From positions 1 through 32,998 of IMG/VR virus record IMGVR_UViG_3300034349_000032: a DNA stretch of 32,998 nucleotides; one strand, written 5' to 3'. A program made the translations under genes and the position numbers. The stretch is from a virus (Duplodnaviria > Caudoviricetes). The notes below the pieces were generated by a model, which was not told the DNA's origin, searched no databases, and saw nothing but the letters and a program-made list of their open reading frames with translations. Below are positions 7,698-17,476 of the stretch, piece by piece; position 1 is the first letter of the stretch; each line of letters begins with the position of its first letter.

Positions 7698-9443
7698 TCA
7701 TATTGTTCTGGCTGTTATTGTCTGAGTATTATTCAGATAATCTGGCTGAAAATATAAAACCTCGGCTCTCTCCATCTCTTCCCCGTCGTAGCTTTGCGTG
7801 TCGACATCAATTATGTCAAATATATTTATTTCTTTATATATCCCCTTTGCTTGTAGTCTTATTTTTCTTTCAGGATCTGCGCTCGTTTCCATTACTTGAG
7901 CAGCTATTGCGACAGCATCTGCCTTATTAAATAGTATTGTTTTTAATGGACTGATCGGTTCTCTTCTGTCTATTGCGTAATTCCTGATTGTGTCTTCTCT
8001 GTCGTTTGAGTATATTATTTGCTTTGCAGAGTTCTTAACATAATCAGGAGCATATTCTACAATAACCTCAGATACGGTGTCATCTGCTGACATTTCAATA
8101 TCTGGAATGTCTAGTTGATTTTCTTTCATAAATACTTGCGAAACTGCTTTTGTTCTATCACTTGAAGCAAAAGAAACTTTACCTTTCCCGTTTACAATGA
8201 CACTGCCTTGAAGTGACGCACATATTTTTTCTATAACTTCTTCGAAATAGCCTTTATCTGATTGTATAGATACTCCGCAAGGTTGATTATTTAAAATCGT
8301 TTGCGCATTCCATTCCACTGTGTCAAATACAGAGGCAGTGTATGGAAGTTCTGAACGCTTGAGCATTACACTTCGAACTATATCAAGACCGTTGTTATAA
8401 TCTCCGTCTATGTCGTATCCCTTGCCTTTCCATTTCCAATCATTAAGGTCTGACACGCTAACGCCTGCCGCCTTTGTTGCAGTTATTGTACATGCGTTTA
8501 TATCTGATGAAGTAATCGTAATTTCGTTATCTTCTTTGTCATATAATGCATCAATAGACGTTAACGCATATCCAAGAGTGTCGTCTGCAATTAGAAAGAC
8601 TGCTGTTCCTGATGAATCAGTATCAAGAGCGTTCTGATTTGTTAATATCATCCTTCCTCTTGATACATCTCCCCAAACAACAGGCTTTAATTCGTTTTCT
8701 AAATCCCCTATATTTGGGTAAACAGATGCATCCATTTTGCTAACACAAACGGATTTGTTTTCGAAATATCTATTACTTTTAATCTTGTATGTGATCGAAT
8801 CTCCGTTATGAGTATATCCATTTAAAGATCCGACAGCAATTAAATCATCGTCTGTTAATGCAGTCGCTGATTCATCTACATAATAAACCCATATTGGAAT
8901 ACCAAAAGCTGAACTTTTAGAAGAGTATCTATAATCGATTACACTGTCCGATATTGTAAGTGTTGATTGATCGTCTTCAATCAATCCCAACTTTAAAGGA
9001 TCGACTTTACGAGAGAACCCAGACAATCCAATTATTACAGGAGAATAATGATTCCCTTCAAATACATTATATCCATCAGTCTTTCCGCTAGCCCATCCAG
9101 ATGTAAATATTGAAATTATAGATGTAGTTCTGTCTACAGTGAAGTCATTAACGTTGTCTTCCCAATGCACGAAAAGACACCCTTGTGTTTTATCATGGAA
9201 ATATGATCGTTCTGTAAGGATGCAATCGTTTATCGAAATCATTGGGATAAGTTTATTGCTTAAATCTATTATTGACAACACGTCTGTGATGTTATTGTAA
9301 TCATCCCAAGACCAAACAGAGCCATCATACTCATCAATAAAAAGATTGATCCCATTTAGACTCAAACAAAATACAGCCTTGTGATATGCCATTAAATAAG
9401 GCACATCTTGCCTGTTTCCTATTTTTGTTATTATAACGCCCAT
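7698..9443 (-). CDS. Tail tip/hub protein
   Basis: 581 aa beta-rich protein, KPVVWGDV motif, hub-like C-terminus (TVSEVIVEY...IFDIIDV); downstream of tape measure. Confidence 0.65.
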   Translation of the reverse strand: MGVIITKIGNRQDVPYLMAYHKAVFCLSLNGINLFIDEYDGSVWSWDDYNNITDVLSIIDLSNKLIPMISINDCILTERSYFHDKTQGCLFVHWEDNVNDFTVDRTTSIISIFTSGWASGKTDGYNVFEGNHYSPVIIGLSGFSRKVDPLKLGLIEDDQSTLTISDSVIDYRYSSKSSAFGIPIWVYYVDESATALTDDDLIAVGSLNGYTHNGDSITYKIKSNRYFENKSVCVSKMDASVYPNIGDLENELKPVVWGDVSRGRMILTNQNALDTDSSGTAVFLIADDTLGYALTSIDALYDKEDNEITITSSDINACTITATKAAGVSVSDLNDWKWKGKGYDIDGDYNNGLDIVRSVMLKRSELPYTASVFDTVEWNAQTILNNQPCGVSIQSDKGYFEEVIEKICASLQGSVIVNGKGKVSFASSDRTKAVSQVFMKENQLDIPDIEMSADDTVSEVIVEYAPDYVKNSAKQIIYSNDREDTIRNYAIDRREPISPLKTILFNKADAVAIAAQVMETSADPERKIRLQAKGIYKEINIFDIIDVDTQSYDGEEMERAEVLYFQPDYLNNTQTITARTI

Positions 9444-9444
9444 G

Positions 9445-10281
9445 TCACCATTCCGTGTATGTAGGATTTATTACTACAACATCGTCAGAGATTTCTTTAT
9501 CTCCAAAACATCCAATAATGCTTATTTTGGATTCACATCTTGGAGTCCCGTGGCTGACTGTTCCCCGAAAAGCCATCCTATAATATCCAGGACTAACATT
9601 AAAACATATATTTACGGCATGTGCTTTTAATTCAATATCACTCCATTTTTTTTCAGCCGGATATGTCACCCCCAAAATTACTCTTGCTGGTTCCAAATAA
9701 TATGATTGAAGAATCATGTTCTGAGATGTGAAATAGTCCCCCGGTGTTGTATATGAATTGTCATAAACAATATTACATAAAATTATAACAGGCTTTTTTA
9801 CTATAAACCCAGTAGTTAGATCTTCACCAACTGACCCACCAACCAAAGCCAAGGTGTCAATATAAAATAATGAATCTATATTTATAACATTATTAAATGG
9901 TAAAGCGTTTTGACTACCTGACAAATGCTGATCGATCTTCCATTTCAATGTTCTATTAACTAAATCAGATTGATACCATCCGCATTTTAATGGATTCTCT
10001 GTTCCTCTTGTTGACGCCGATGAGAAAGTTGTTCCATCGAATATAATATATTTATGATCTCTGTTTGCCATCGTAAAGACTTCATCAGCCACCTCGATAG
10101 TATAAAGGTTTCCGTTGACCTCGACAGATGATCCGACCTTTACTGTGACAATCGCCGGGTTTGTTCCGTTGTATTGTACTGAGATAAATGTATTATCATC
10201 GCCAAGACGATTCGCATCTACGTTTAAACAGAGATTATTCAGATTCCTTGCGACTGCATATAAATTCTTTTGAACTATCAT
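9445..10281 (-). CDS. Tail tip/baseplate-associated protein
   Basis: 278 aa, VKVGSSVEVNG beta-rich N-terminus; called mainly on synteny. Confidence 0.5.
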   Translation of the reverse strand: MIVQKNLYAVARNLNNLCLNVDANRLGDDNTFISVQYNGTNPAIVTVKVGSSVEVNGNLYTIEVADEVFTMANRDHKYIIFDGTTFSSASTRGTENPLKCGWYQSDLVNRTLKWKIDQHLSGSQNALPFNNVINIDSLFYIDTLALVGGSVGEDLTTGFIVKKPVIILCNIVYDNSYTTPGDYFTSQNMILQSYYLEPARVILGVTYPAEKKWSDIELKAHAVNICFNVSPGYYRMAFRGTVSHGTPRCESKISIIGCFGDKEISDDVVVINPTYTEW

Positions 10282-11142
10282 TTAAACTGCCTCTCTTAAT
10301 CCGATTGTCACTTGTGCTGTTATTGGCCCATCTTCATCGTCAACAGGAGATATATAAATAGCGTCATATCCTACTTTCCCAGAATCAAGAATCCCGATAA
10401 ATGCTTCTGGGTCATTCTCGCTGAATAATCCATCTGTAAGAATCCACGGACGCGGACGACCATAACCGTCATGTAATATTAAACGCATCAATGCGCGAAT
10501 ATCCTTGAAAGAAACTCCCTTTCTTGTTGTTAATGTGTATTGTTGATATTTATAGCTTTTCCGCTGTTGCGTTGTGTTCGCTCGTGTCAAACTGATAGTA
10601 TCATCAGAAACGTCAAAAGGTTGAACTTTTTCGATGAAATCAAAATCAGAATATTTCCCCGCCCATATATAACCGATCTGCATAAATCCGGTACCGTCTC
10701 CATTCGGACGAATAATAAATGTTTTTGAATATGGAGTTATTGAATCACCATCTGCGAAAATAGACGGACCGAAAACAGAAGTTCCAAAAACAGTGGAATA
10801 CAATGTTTCTCTAACATTAACCTCATCGATCTGTATAAGTGAATACTGTACATCAAAACCTTTTACGTTTTGGCCAATATTTGATTCAATTATTTCGCCA
10901 TTGACATCAAGTGTATCAACGTCGAAATACCGAATACCTTTGACATCTGACAATAGAATAAAATCAATGTCTTGTGCAACATTTAAATTTACTCTGATTT
11001 CTCCTGACTGATCAACCGTTCTAAATGATTGTGTCGAACTTTCAACAAGCATATTCGTGATCGGGCATCCGACAATATTACTCATCGTTGTTGAAATATT
11101 TAATAGATTTGATACACAAATATTCTGTATACATGTTTTCAT
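10282..11142 (-). CDS. Distal tail-like protein
   Basis: Immediately after tape measure; FMQIGYIWAG motif and Dit-like C-terminus (VTIGLREAV). Confidence 0.6.
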   Translation of the reverse strand: MKTCIQNICVSNLLNISTTMSNIVGCPITNMLVESSTQSFRTVDQSGEIRVNLNVAQDIDFILLSDVKGIRYFDVDTLDVNGEIIESNIGQNVKGFDVQYSLIQIDEVNVRETLYSTVFGTSVFGPSIFADGDSITPYSKTFIIRPNGDGTGFMQIGYIWAGKYSDFDFIEKVQPFDVSDDTISLTRANTTQQRKSYKYQQYTLTTRKGVSFKDIRALMRLILHDGYGRPRPWILTDGLFSENDPEAFIGILDSGKVGYDAIYISPVDDEDGPITAQVTIGLREAV

Positions 11143-13418
11143 CGTGCTATTTTCACCGTTCCAGCTCTTCGGATTTGTACTGCTCCGCTGTTAAGATGCT
11201 GATTGAGTTTTTTTGTCAACCAAGCATCCATTGAATCGTCACCGATCTGTAATACAGTTGTTCCTGAATTATTATTCTGAGCGTTGTCTGTTTGCCGTAC
11301 AGGCTGAACAGAAACCCTCTCACCCTGATTTACGCGAAGCAATCCAGAGTCAGCAGCGTATCCAGGAGGAACCATGAAATCGCCTCCGAACTGCGCTGCC
11401 GGAATTGGAGTTGATACCGCTACGGCAAGCTGGGATGCTCCCTTCGCTGCAGATAGACCAGCAAGAACATACGAAAGCGGAGGAGGAGACGATGCAAGAG
11501 CTTTTGCAACCGCGACTGCTGTATCAAGAATGATTCCGAATATAGCATATGTCCTTTGATCCTTTGCTCTTTTTCGTGCAAGCTGCTTTTCCTTCTTTTG
11601 GATCTCTTCTGCCGTCGCTCCTTTCGCCTTCATGCTTTCTATTTCTTGCTGATCAAGGTTTGTACGAACAGCGGACATATTGCTAAAAATGCTCAGAGTA
11701 TCAGATGCCATCGTCTGTGCAAGAGCTATTGATTCAAGCTGCGATTGCATTCGCTGTTTATCGAGTGCCATCTGCTGGACATTATATAATTGTTTAAGCT
11801 TTAACCGCTCTTGTTCTCCGAGAGTTTCAGTTGCCAATATTTTATTGTATGCGTTCTGTAATGCAACAGCGCGAGCCTCATCCTCTGTTCCGGCCATCGC
11901 TGTCTGCTGTTTCATATAACCGTCCATGATCGATAACCGCTGTTGTTCATTGAACTGAGTCAAAACGGTCATGTCCATTCCGGCTTTCTGTGCAAGCTTT
12001 CTTTGTTCGTTATAATTAAGAGCAAGAACTCCGAGCTGAGACCGGAGATCTCCGGCCTTCGCCATTACTTCTTGACCTGATACAAAATCGGCGACATATT
12101 GAGCCTGCATCTGCGATTGAATCGCTGCTTTTTGTTTTATTGCATTTATTTCTTTGTTTCTTTCTTGTGTTCGCTGCTGAGCAAGTTTTGCACTTTCTCT
12201 TCCTTCTGTATCTGCCATTTCAATCATTTTATTATATGAAGCTTGAGAAGATGATGCATATCCTTGATCGGCATTCGCAAGCTCTCTTCTTACAGCAAAT
12301 AATGTATCAAATTTTTTCTTTAATTCTGCTGCTTTGCTTCCTGCTACCTGTGCGTCTTTAGCAAGCAATGTCATTACATTAGCTTTTTCTTTTGGAGTAA
12401 CAGCATTATACATTTTCTCTATTTCTGCTCTAGCTTCAAATGCTTGTTTAGTTAATGATTCAAGCATAGGTTTATTTTGAGCTTTTGCAGCTTCATTAAA
12501 TACCATATTTAATCCGCTTACAATATATCCGAGACCTGTTGCAATAACTCCGATTAGCTTCCCTAATCCCTCAAATGTCTGATATAAAACTCCTCCGTCT
12601 TTTGCTGCGGTAACAAATGCAGATCCTAGATCAAGAATTCCCTGTGTCGCCTCTGTTCCTGCAGCTTTCAGAAGATCATCAAAAGCAAATCCTACCTGTT
12701 TAAGACCGCCTCCGAGCGTTTGACTCATTGCTGCAGCGGTTCCTCCGAATTGAGTCTGTAATTCTCCGAGAATAACGCCTTGCGCTTTTGCAACATCACC
12801 GACCGCGACAAAATCCTTTATCTGTTGTTTCTGTTGTGCTGAAAGCTGTACCCCTACCCTCTGAAGAGCCGTGATTCCCTGTATTGGATCATTCAGCGCC
12901 TTTCCGACCATTATGGTGGCGCTTTGTAGATCTTGACCCATTGCTGAAGCCATATCAAGAATAGATTGCTCCGCTTGCGGGAATACAGTTTTTCCAATTT
13001 TAGTAAATGTAAGAAGTAATGCCTCTGATCGGACAATTGCATCATCATCATATATTGAAACGTCGCGGAGGCTTTCCGCGAGTCCTTTCATTTCCTCTGT
13101 TGTCATTCCGACAATACCGCCTGTTGAAGTAAGGACGGCATTTAGCTGAGCGGTTGCATATTGTGCATCGGCTGTTGATGATACTATTTGATGAAGGCCG
13201 GATGAAATAGCTGCAATCGGAATAACCGCTTCAAGAACTTTCAATACTCCGGCAACTTTCTCTGTGTTCTTCTGCGCCTTCTGCATTGAATCGGCCATCG
13301 AACCCAGAGATTTATCAAGCTTTAATAATGTAGCGTCAAGTTTTCCAGCGTCATTAGCTGCGGACGCTGCATTCGTTTCAACTGGAATCGTTATCCTTGA
13401 CGCTACTACATCAGCCAC
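11139..13418 (-). CDS. Tape measure protein
   Basis: ~760 aa Ala/Gln-rich helical protein; LLLTFTKIG...DMASAMGQDLQSATIMVGKALNDPIQGITALQRVGV (lambda-type TMP N-domain); C-terminal GERVSVQP; GTG start at 13418 preferred. Confidence 0.92.
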   Translation of the reverse strand: MADVVASRITIPVETNAASAANDAGKLDATLLKLDKSLGSMADSMQKAQKNTEKVAGVLKVLEAVIPIAAISSGLHQIVSSTADAQYATAQLNAVLTSTGGIVGMTTEEMKGLAESLRDVSIYDDDAIVRSEALLLTFTKIGKTVFPQAEQSILDMASAMGQDLQSATIMVGKALNDPIQGITALQRVGVQLSAQQKQQIKDFVAVGDVAKAQGVILGELQTQFGGTAAAMSQTLGGGLKQVGFAFDDLLKAAGTEATQGILDLGSAFVTAAKDGGVLYQTFEGLGKLIGVIATGLGYIVSGLNMVFNEAAKAQNKPMLESLTKQAFEARAEIEKMYNAVTPKEKANVMTLLAKDAQVAGSKAAELKKKFDTLFAVRRELANADQGYASSSQASYNKMIEMADTEGRESAKLAQQRTQERNKEINAIKQKAAIQSQMQAQYVADFVSGQEVMAKAGDLRSQLGVLALNYNEQRKLAQKAGMDMTVLTQFNEQQRLSIMDGYMKQQTAMAGTEDEARAVALQNAYNKILATETLGEQERLKLKQLYNVQQMALDKQRMQSQLESIALAQTMASDTLSIFSNMSAVRTNLDQQEIESMKAKGATAEEIQKKEKQLARKRAKDQRTYAIFGIILDTAVAVAKALASSPPPLSYVLAGLSAAKGASQLAVAVSTPIPAAQFGGDFMVPPGYAADSGLLRVNQGERVSVQPVRQTDNAQNNNSGTTVLQIGDDSMDAWLTKKLNQHLNSGAVQIRRAGTVKIAR

Positions 13419-13800
13419 GTTTTCGCCTCTTCTTTGTAAATATTTCAAGAGCTACATCTGCCCTTTTCAATAACGCTTCAAGATACTTGATTTGAATAAC
13501 GCTATTTGAAAAATGACTTCTGTAATACTTCTCCATCTGAATTATAATCCGGATATACTCCGGATCACAATCCGAATAATGCATCTTTGTCGGAAGTCCC
13601 ATCCCAATATTGAACTTCTCCCATGCATCATACAACTCCCAAAACTGATCATTAAAAAGATCAGGAACATCGCCTTTTCTGCATACAAGAATCGGATTTT
13701 CAAAGCTTCCGACAATATGCATCCTGTCTTCTGAACCCTTCCTCGGCTGGAAGTCTGCCTTTCCTTCAAGAAAAAGATGGAAGGCAGCTATAACTTTTTT
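13411..13800 (-). CDS. Tail assembly chaperone C-terminal (gpT-like) frame, reached by -1 frameshift
   Basis: The -1 frame is open from the slippery site: KKVIAAFHLFLEGKADFQPRKGSEDRMHIVGSF..., continuous with ORF 13411..13722. Confidence 0.85.
   Translation of the reverse strand, partial: KKVIAAFHLFLEGKADFQPRKGSEDRMHIVGSFENPILVCRKGDVPDLFNDQFWELYDAWEKFNIGMGLPTKMHYSDCDPEYIRIIIQMEKYYRSHFSNSVIQIKYLEALLKRADVALEIFTKKRRKRG
13755..13800 (-). other. Programmed -1 ribosomal frameshift signal
   Basis: A AAA AAG (13800-13794) in frame, 6 nt spacer, then hairpin CTGCCTTCC...GGAAAGGCAG. Confidence 0.85.
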
Positions 13801-14159
13801 GTCTCAATCGTTATCCCTTCAAGCCGTGTAATCTCCGTGAATATCTGCTCTACAATTCCATAAAGAGCTTCGAACTGATCATCAAGAAGATCTGAAATAA
13901 CCATTTCTCTTGAATTGAGTTTATCAATTTCAAGCATTGGAGGATTCTCTATTCTTACAATATGCAGTTTCAACTTTGCTGCATAATCGATTGTGATGTC
14001 TTTCCCGTTATTCTCATACACAACATACTTGTTGTTATGCAGAGTCCGATTGATTTTCTTTAGAACAACAGTGAATCTTTTCTTTTCTTCAAGCGAAAGA
14101 TTATCCGCGACATCCGGATAGAACTTGTATTCATTAACCGAGGATACTTGTAATTTCAT
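13788..14159 (-). CDS. Tail assembly chaperone (gpG-like)
   Basis: 123 aa between tail tube and tape measure, GGAGG RBS, ends in a slippery site. Confidence 0.85.
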   Translation of the reverse strand: MKLQVSSVNEYKFYPDVADNLSLEEKKRFTVVLKKINRTLHNNKYVVYENNGKDITIDYAAKLKLHIVRIENPPMLEIDKLNSREMVISDLLDDQFEALYGIVEQIFTEITRLEGITIETKKL

Positions 14160-14189
14160 AAAATCAAACCTCCGATATTTTTAAAACTG

Positions 14190-14900
14190 TTAAACCGTTC
14201 CGTCTCCGAGACGATAAAGTGTCGGATTGATCTCTACGCTTTCAAAAGCAAGAGAGGCGAATCTGAACGGGCTTGAATATCCCTGACGCTCACCGAGCGC
14301 ACCGCCCATTCCGTTGCCGTAAAGCTGGAATGGTGCAACAACCTGTTCGATGTCGGCAAGAGATGAATTCTTTTGAAGCTGGAAGAATCCGAGAAGAACT
14401 TCTTCCTGTTGATCATACTTGTCAAACGACAGATCGCCGTCCTGCTGTGCGATGTCTATGAATTGACGCATGAATCCGGTCGGTTCATCGGTTGTTCCCA
14501 TCACGAACACACCTTCAAGCGTTCCGGACATATCAGCCTTACCTGAGCGATATTTTTTCACCGCATCAGCAAGAACCGTAACGTCAATTTCTTCTTTGCT
14601 GAACTCCATCGTCCATGAACTCACGTCCATGATTGTTGTAAGCGTCAGCGTGACAAGGTTATCCCCGACAGCCGGAGTCACAGAATCCCCTGTCCGAATA
14701 ACAAGGATATCACCTGGAGCGATATCGCCTCCGGTCCCTGCCGGATCAGGAAGAGTTGTCGCAACTGCAACTGCCAGAACCATATATGTTCCGACAGGAA
14801 GAGGCGTTGTCCCTGCTCCGGTTATCTTTGCTCCGAACGCTGCTTTTTTAATAAGGCCATCATCGCCGACAAGCCTTTGACCGTTTCCCTTAAATGACAT
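14190..14900 (-). CDS. Major tail (tube) protein
   Basis: DVSSWTMEFSKEEIDVTVL...KKYRSGKADMSGTLEG siphovirus tube motif; synteny. Confidence 0.85.
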   Translation of the reverse strand: MSFKGNGQRLVGDDGLIKKAAFGAKITGAGTTPLPVGTYMVLAVAVATTLPDPAGTGGDIAPGDILVIRTGDSVTPAVGDNLVTLTLTTIMDVSSWTMEFSKEEIDVTVLADAVKKYRSGKADMSGTLEGVFVMGTTDEPTGFMRQFIDIAQQDGDLSFDKYDQQEEVLLGFFQLQKNSSLADIEQVVAPFQLYGNGMGGALGERQGYSSPFRFASLAFESVEINPTLYRLGDGTV

Positions 14901-14973
14901 TTTATCACCGTCCTTTTGTAATCTTGATTTGATCAGTATAATAATTGATTACTATACCCATATATGGATTTGA

Positions 14974-14985
14974 ATTAGTCAATTA
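14974..14985 (-). promoter_or_regulatory. Late-module motif TAATTGACNAAT (copy upstream of tail tube)
   Basis: TAATTGACTAAT; same motif at 22211 and 24810. Confidence 0.55.
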
Positions 14986-15405
14986 AACTTTATGCCATAA
15001 TATCTTTGCTCTGAATACCGATCCGAAATATTGAGCGTTTACCATTGCACCGTCATTAACCTCAATACATCCACCGGCAGCGACAAAATCAATACAGAAC
15101 TGATCAGGAGCCGTTCCTATTATACCCCGTATTCCAACGACAAGCATTTTTACCGGATCAAGGAGAAGGAGCGTTTCAGAAGCATCAGACTCTCCTCCCT
15201 TCCATGCAGAGAATTGGAATTCAGCTACTCCGGATGAATTCTCCGCTTCCTGCAGCGTGACTCTATCTTCCGGATCTGCAATTTTATTCATGACAATGTA
15301 GGGAGGCTTAATTCCTTTTGCATTTGAATAAGCAAGCGTCGCGTCTATTTCATTGTCTGAAAGAAGCTGTGTGCAATGTTCAAAGATTGCTTGATCTATT
15401 GTCAT
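14983..15405 (-). CDS. Tail terminator/completion protein
   Basis: KPPYIVM...AEFQFSAW pattern; position before the tail tube gene. Confidence 0.7.
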   Translation of the reverse strand: MTIDQAIFEHCTQLLSDNEIDATLAYSNAKGIKPPYIVMNKIADPEDRVTLQEAENSSGVAEFQFSAWKGGESDASETLLLLDPVKMLVVGIRGIIGTAPDQFCIDFVAAGGCIEVNDGAMVNAQYFGSVFRAKILWHKV

Positions 15406-15779
15406 CTTTTTCCTGCCTGCGCTTTAAATCGTGCAGCTTCTTCCGCTTGCATCGCGCATGTATAAATATTCTGTTGAGATCCTGCCTCTGCTGCAGCCGG
15501 ACCCATGTATGGCGTGAATCCGTACATCATGAGATCCGGTCTTCCGTATTCCTGCGCTAATGAGTAAGGCAGATCGGTGTATGTCATATAGCGTTGATCA
15601 GATACTTTTGATGTCTGGATATTGTTCATCAAAGCCTTTGTATCTTTCCGGACATACTTTCTTGCGAATCTACGAACGCTTACATTTACCAATTGCGCTG
15701 TTGTGTCAGCATAAGCAATAACATATTTTTTAACGTTTATAAAGGTTTCAATCTTTGGCTTTTTAACAGAAAGACTCAT
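15402..15779 (-). CDS. HK97 gp10-like neck/tail component
   Basis: KDTKALMNNI...YSLAQEYG...PYMGPA motif. Confidence 0.75.
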   Translation of the reverse strand: MSLSVKKPKIETFINVKKYVIAYADTTAQLVNVSVRRFARKYVRKDTKALMNNIQTSKVSDQRYMTYTDLPYSLAQEYGRPDLMMYGFTPYMGPAAAEAGSQQNIYTCAMQAEEAARFKAQAGKR

Positions 15780-16087
15780 TATATTAAAACCTCTAACGTC
15801 ATTTCCTTATGGTGTCCGGTTCCGGATATTCCGTTCGGCTGTGTACCGTAAAGAACTTTATACGTTATGCCGTTGTAGTTTATTGAATCACCGTATACTG
15901 CGTTATATCCCATCTCAGAGAAAAGCAGAGCACCGACCTTTTCTCCGCTCTTTCCAGCTTGGAAGTTTTCAGAACCGGACACAGGCTGAATGAATCCTTT
16001 AATAGCAAATGTATTAGTGACTTTGTTTCCGAACGGAACAGATGATGATCTTGATACAAGTATGTTCTGAAAGCGGTTAGTCAACAT
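15779..16087 (-). CDS. Head closure/stopper protein (SPP1 gp16-like)
   Basis: IKGFIQPVSGSE...GDSINYNGITYKV...HHKEMTL. Confidence 0.75.
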   Translation of the reverse strand: MLTNRFQNILVSRSSSVPFGNKVTNTFAIKGFIQPVSGSENFQAGKSGEKVGALLFSEMGYNAVYGDSINYNGITYKVLYGTQPNGISGTGHHKEMTLEVLI

Positions 16088-16859
16088 AATACGCTATTCC
16101 TCCGCAAGGAATCAGCTCATATGCATCAAGTCCTGCCGTAATGTCGGAAGGATAGTTCAATATTCCAGAGCTTGAATCTTTGACAGTGTATGAATACGAT
16201 CCTATTGTTTCAGACTGCATCCCTGCCGTCGATGGTCTTGTGTATACATCAAAGTACACCATCCGAGCTACTATCTGAATGACTTCTTGCGGAATATCGC
16301 ACAAAGATATGAAACAGTAAGACGAATCATCAACAATCGATTCAGTCACCGTGATTACATTTCCTGTTATATCAGAAACAGTATAAAACGCATCGTTTCT
16401 TTTGCTTCTGGACACAAGAATCGTGTCTCCTTTTTTGATGCTGGCTATATCCCCATAATATTCAGCATCGACGGTGATCTTTTTATCGGTTGCAGTGAAT
16501 ACGCTCTTTCCATATATGCATTCCTTTGAAGAAAGAGAAACCCTTTCAGCTCTTGAAAACGTATCAGGATAATCTCCTTCATATTCTTCATTACGATCTA
16601 TTATAAAATAGTTTGAAAGAGAACGAATAACGTTTTTAAATACATTTATCATCTTGTTTGTGATCTTGAAGTCTTCTGCCGATTCAATCTGTGTCCATGT
16701 TCCGGTTGATGAGTCCATAAGCATATAAGAAATCCCGGTCAAAGTGTTAATCCAAGTCTGACCGACAATATATGAAGGAGCTTTTTCTGTAACGGTTGGA
16801 GCGACTGATTTATAATAGGTATATGAATTATTTATTTTAACGTCTGAAAGTGTAATCAT
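16077..16859 (-). CDS. Head-tail adaptor (gp6/gp15-like) with inserted domains
   Basis: MITLSDVK N-terminus, IPQEVIQIVARMV, GMQSETIGSYSYT; 260 aa. Confidence 0.75.
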   Translation of the reverse strand: MITLSDVKINNSYTYYKSVAPTVTEKAPSYIVGQTWINTLTGISYMLMDSSTGTWTQIESAEDFKITNKMINVFKNVIRSLSNYFIIDRNEEYEGDYPDTFSRAERVSLSSKECIYGKSVFTATDKKITVDAEYYGDIASIKKGDTILVSRSKRNDAFYTVSDITGNVITVTESIVDDSSYCFISLCDIPQEVIQIVARMVYFDVYTRPSTAGMQSETIGSYSYTVKDSSSGILNYPSDITAGLDAYELIPCGGIAYYVD

Positions 16860-16876
16860 GATTGACCCTCTTCAAC

Positions 16877-16955
16877 TTCGGATTTGTCTTTTGAAGACTC
16901 CGAACTGGCAGGGAACGATGGATTCAGCACCGTTCCCCACCAGAATATCGGAGGT
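16877..16955 (-). other. Structured intergenic RNA element (two hairpins plus anti-SD segment)
   Basis: Stems GGGAACGGTG/CATCGTTCCC closed by CTGG/CCAG, and TTCGGA-GTCTT/AAGAC-TCCGAA; no U-tail. Confidence 0.55.
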
Positions 16956-16961
16956 ATCAGA

Positions 16962-17414
16962 TTACGGTTTCCCGTCGCCTGGCTGTTTTGCTGTTGTTGC
17001 ATGTGTGTCCGGCTGCACAAGGGCATTCTGTAGAACCACGATCTCTGCGGTCTGCGCAGGAGAAAGAGCCGTCACATGAATGACAGGTTTGACGTATTTC
17101 TTCGCAGAGATAACGCCGAATGTTTGAAGATACGGAGATACAGGAGCGATCAACGTGTTTCCGGTTGGAGATATAATCGCATCAGATGCAACCGCCGTGT
17201 ATGTTGCGTTGTCGTCAGATTCCTGAGCTGCGAAGTTCATCACATCGCCAACACCGATTGCAGCAGATCCGGTCAATTTGATTGCAAAAGCAATCGATTG
17301 AAATCCGGTTTGATTAACTGCTGCTCCGACTTTGTCTCCTGCTGCCATATCAAGCGAAAGATCCGCAATTCGAGACACAGCAACCGGAGTAATATAATCT
17401 TTTTGAGAACTCAT
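16962..17414 (-). CDS. Capsid decoration/cement-like protein
   Basis: Directly after capsid; GFQSIAFAI...AQESDDNATYTAV...KKYVKP beta-sandwich pattern. Confidence 0.6.
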   Translation of the reverse strand: MSSQKDYITPVAVSRIADLSLDMAAGDKVGAAVNQTGFQSIAFAIKLTGSAAIGVGDVMNFAAQESDDNATYTAVASDAIISPTGNTLIAPVSPYLQTFGVISAKKYVKPVIHVTALSPAQTAEIVVLQNALVQPDTHATTAKQPGDGKP

Positions 17415-17476
17415 AATTAAAACCATCCTTTCTTTGAATAAGGAGGGAAAGACTCCATCCTATTGTGAATCAATCC

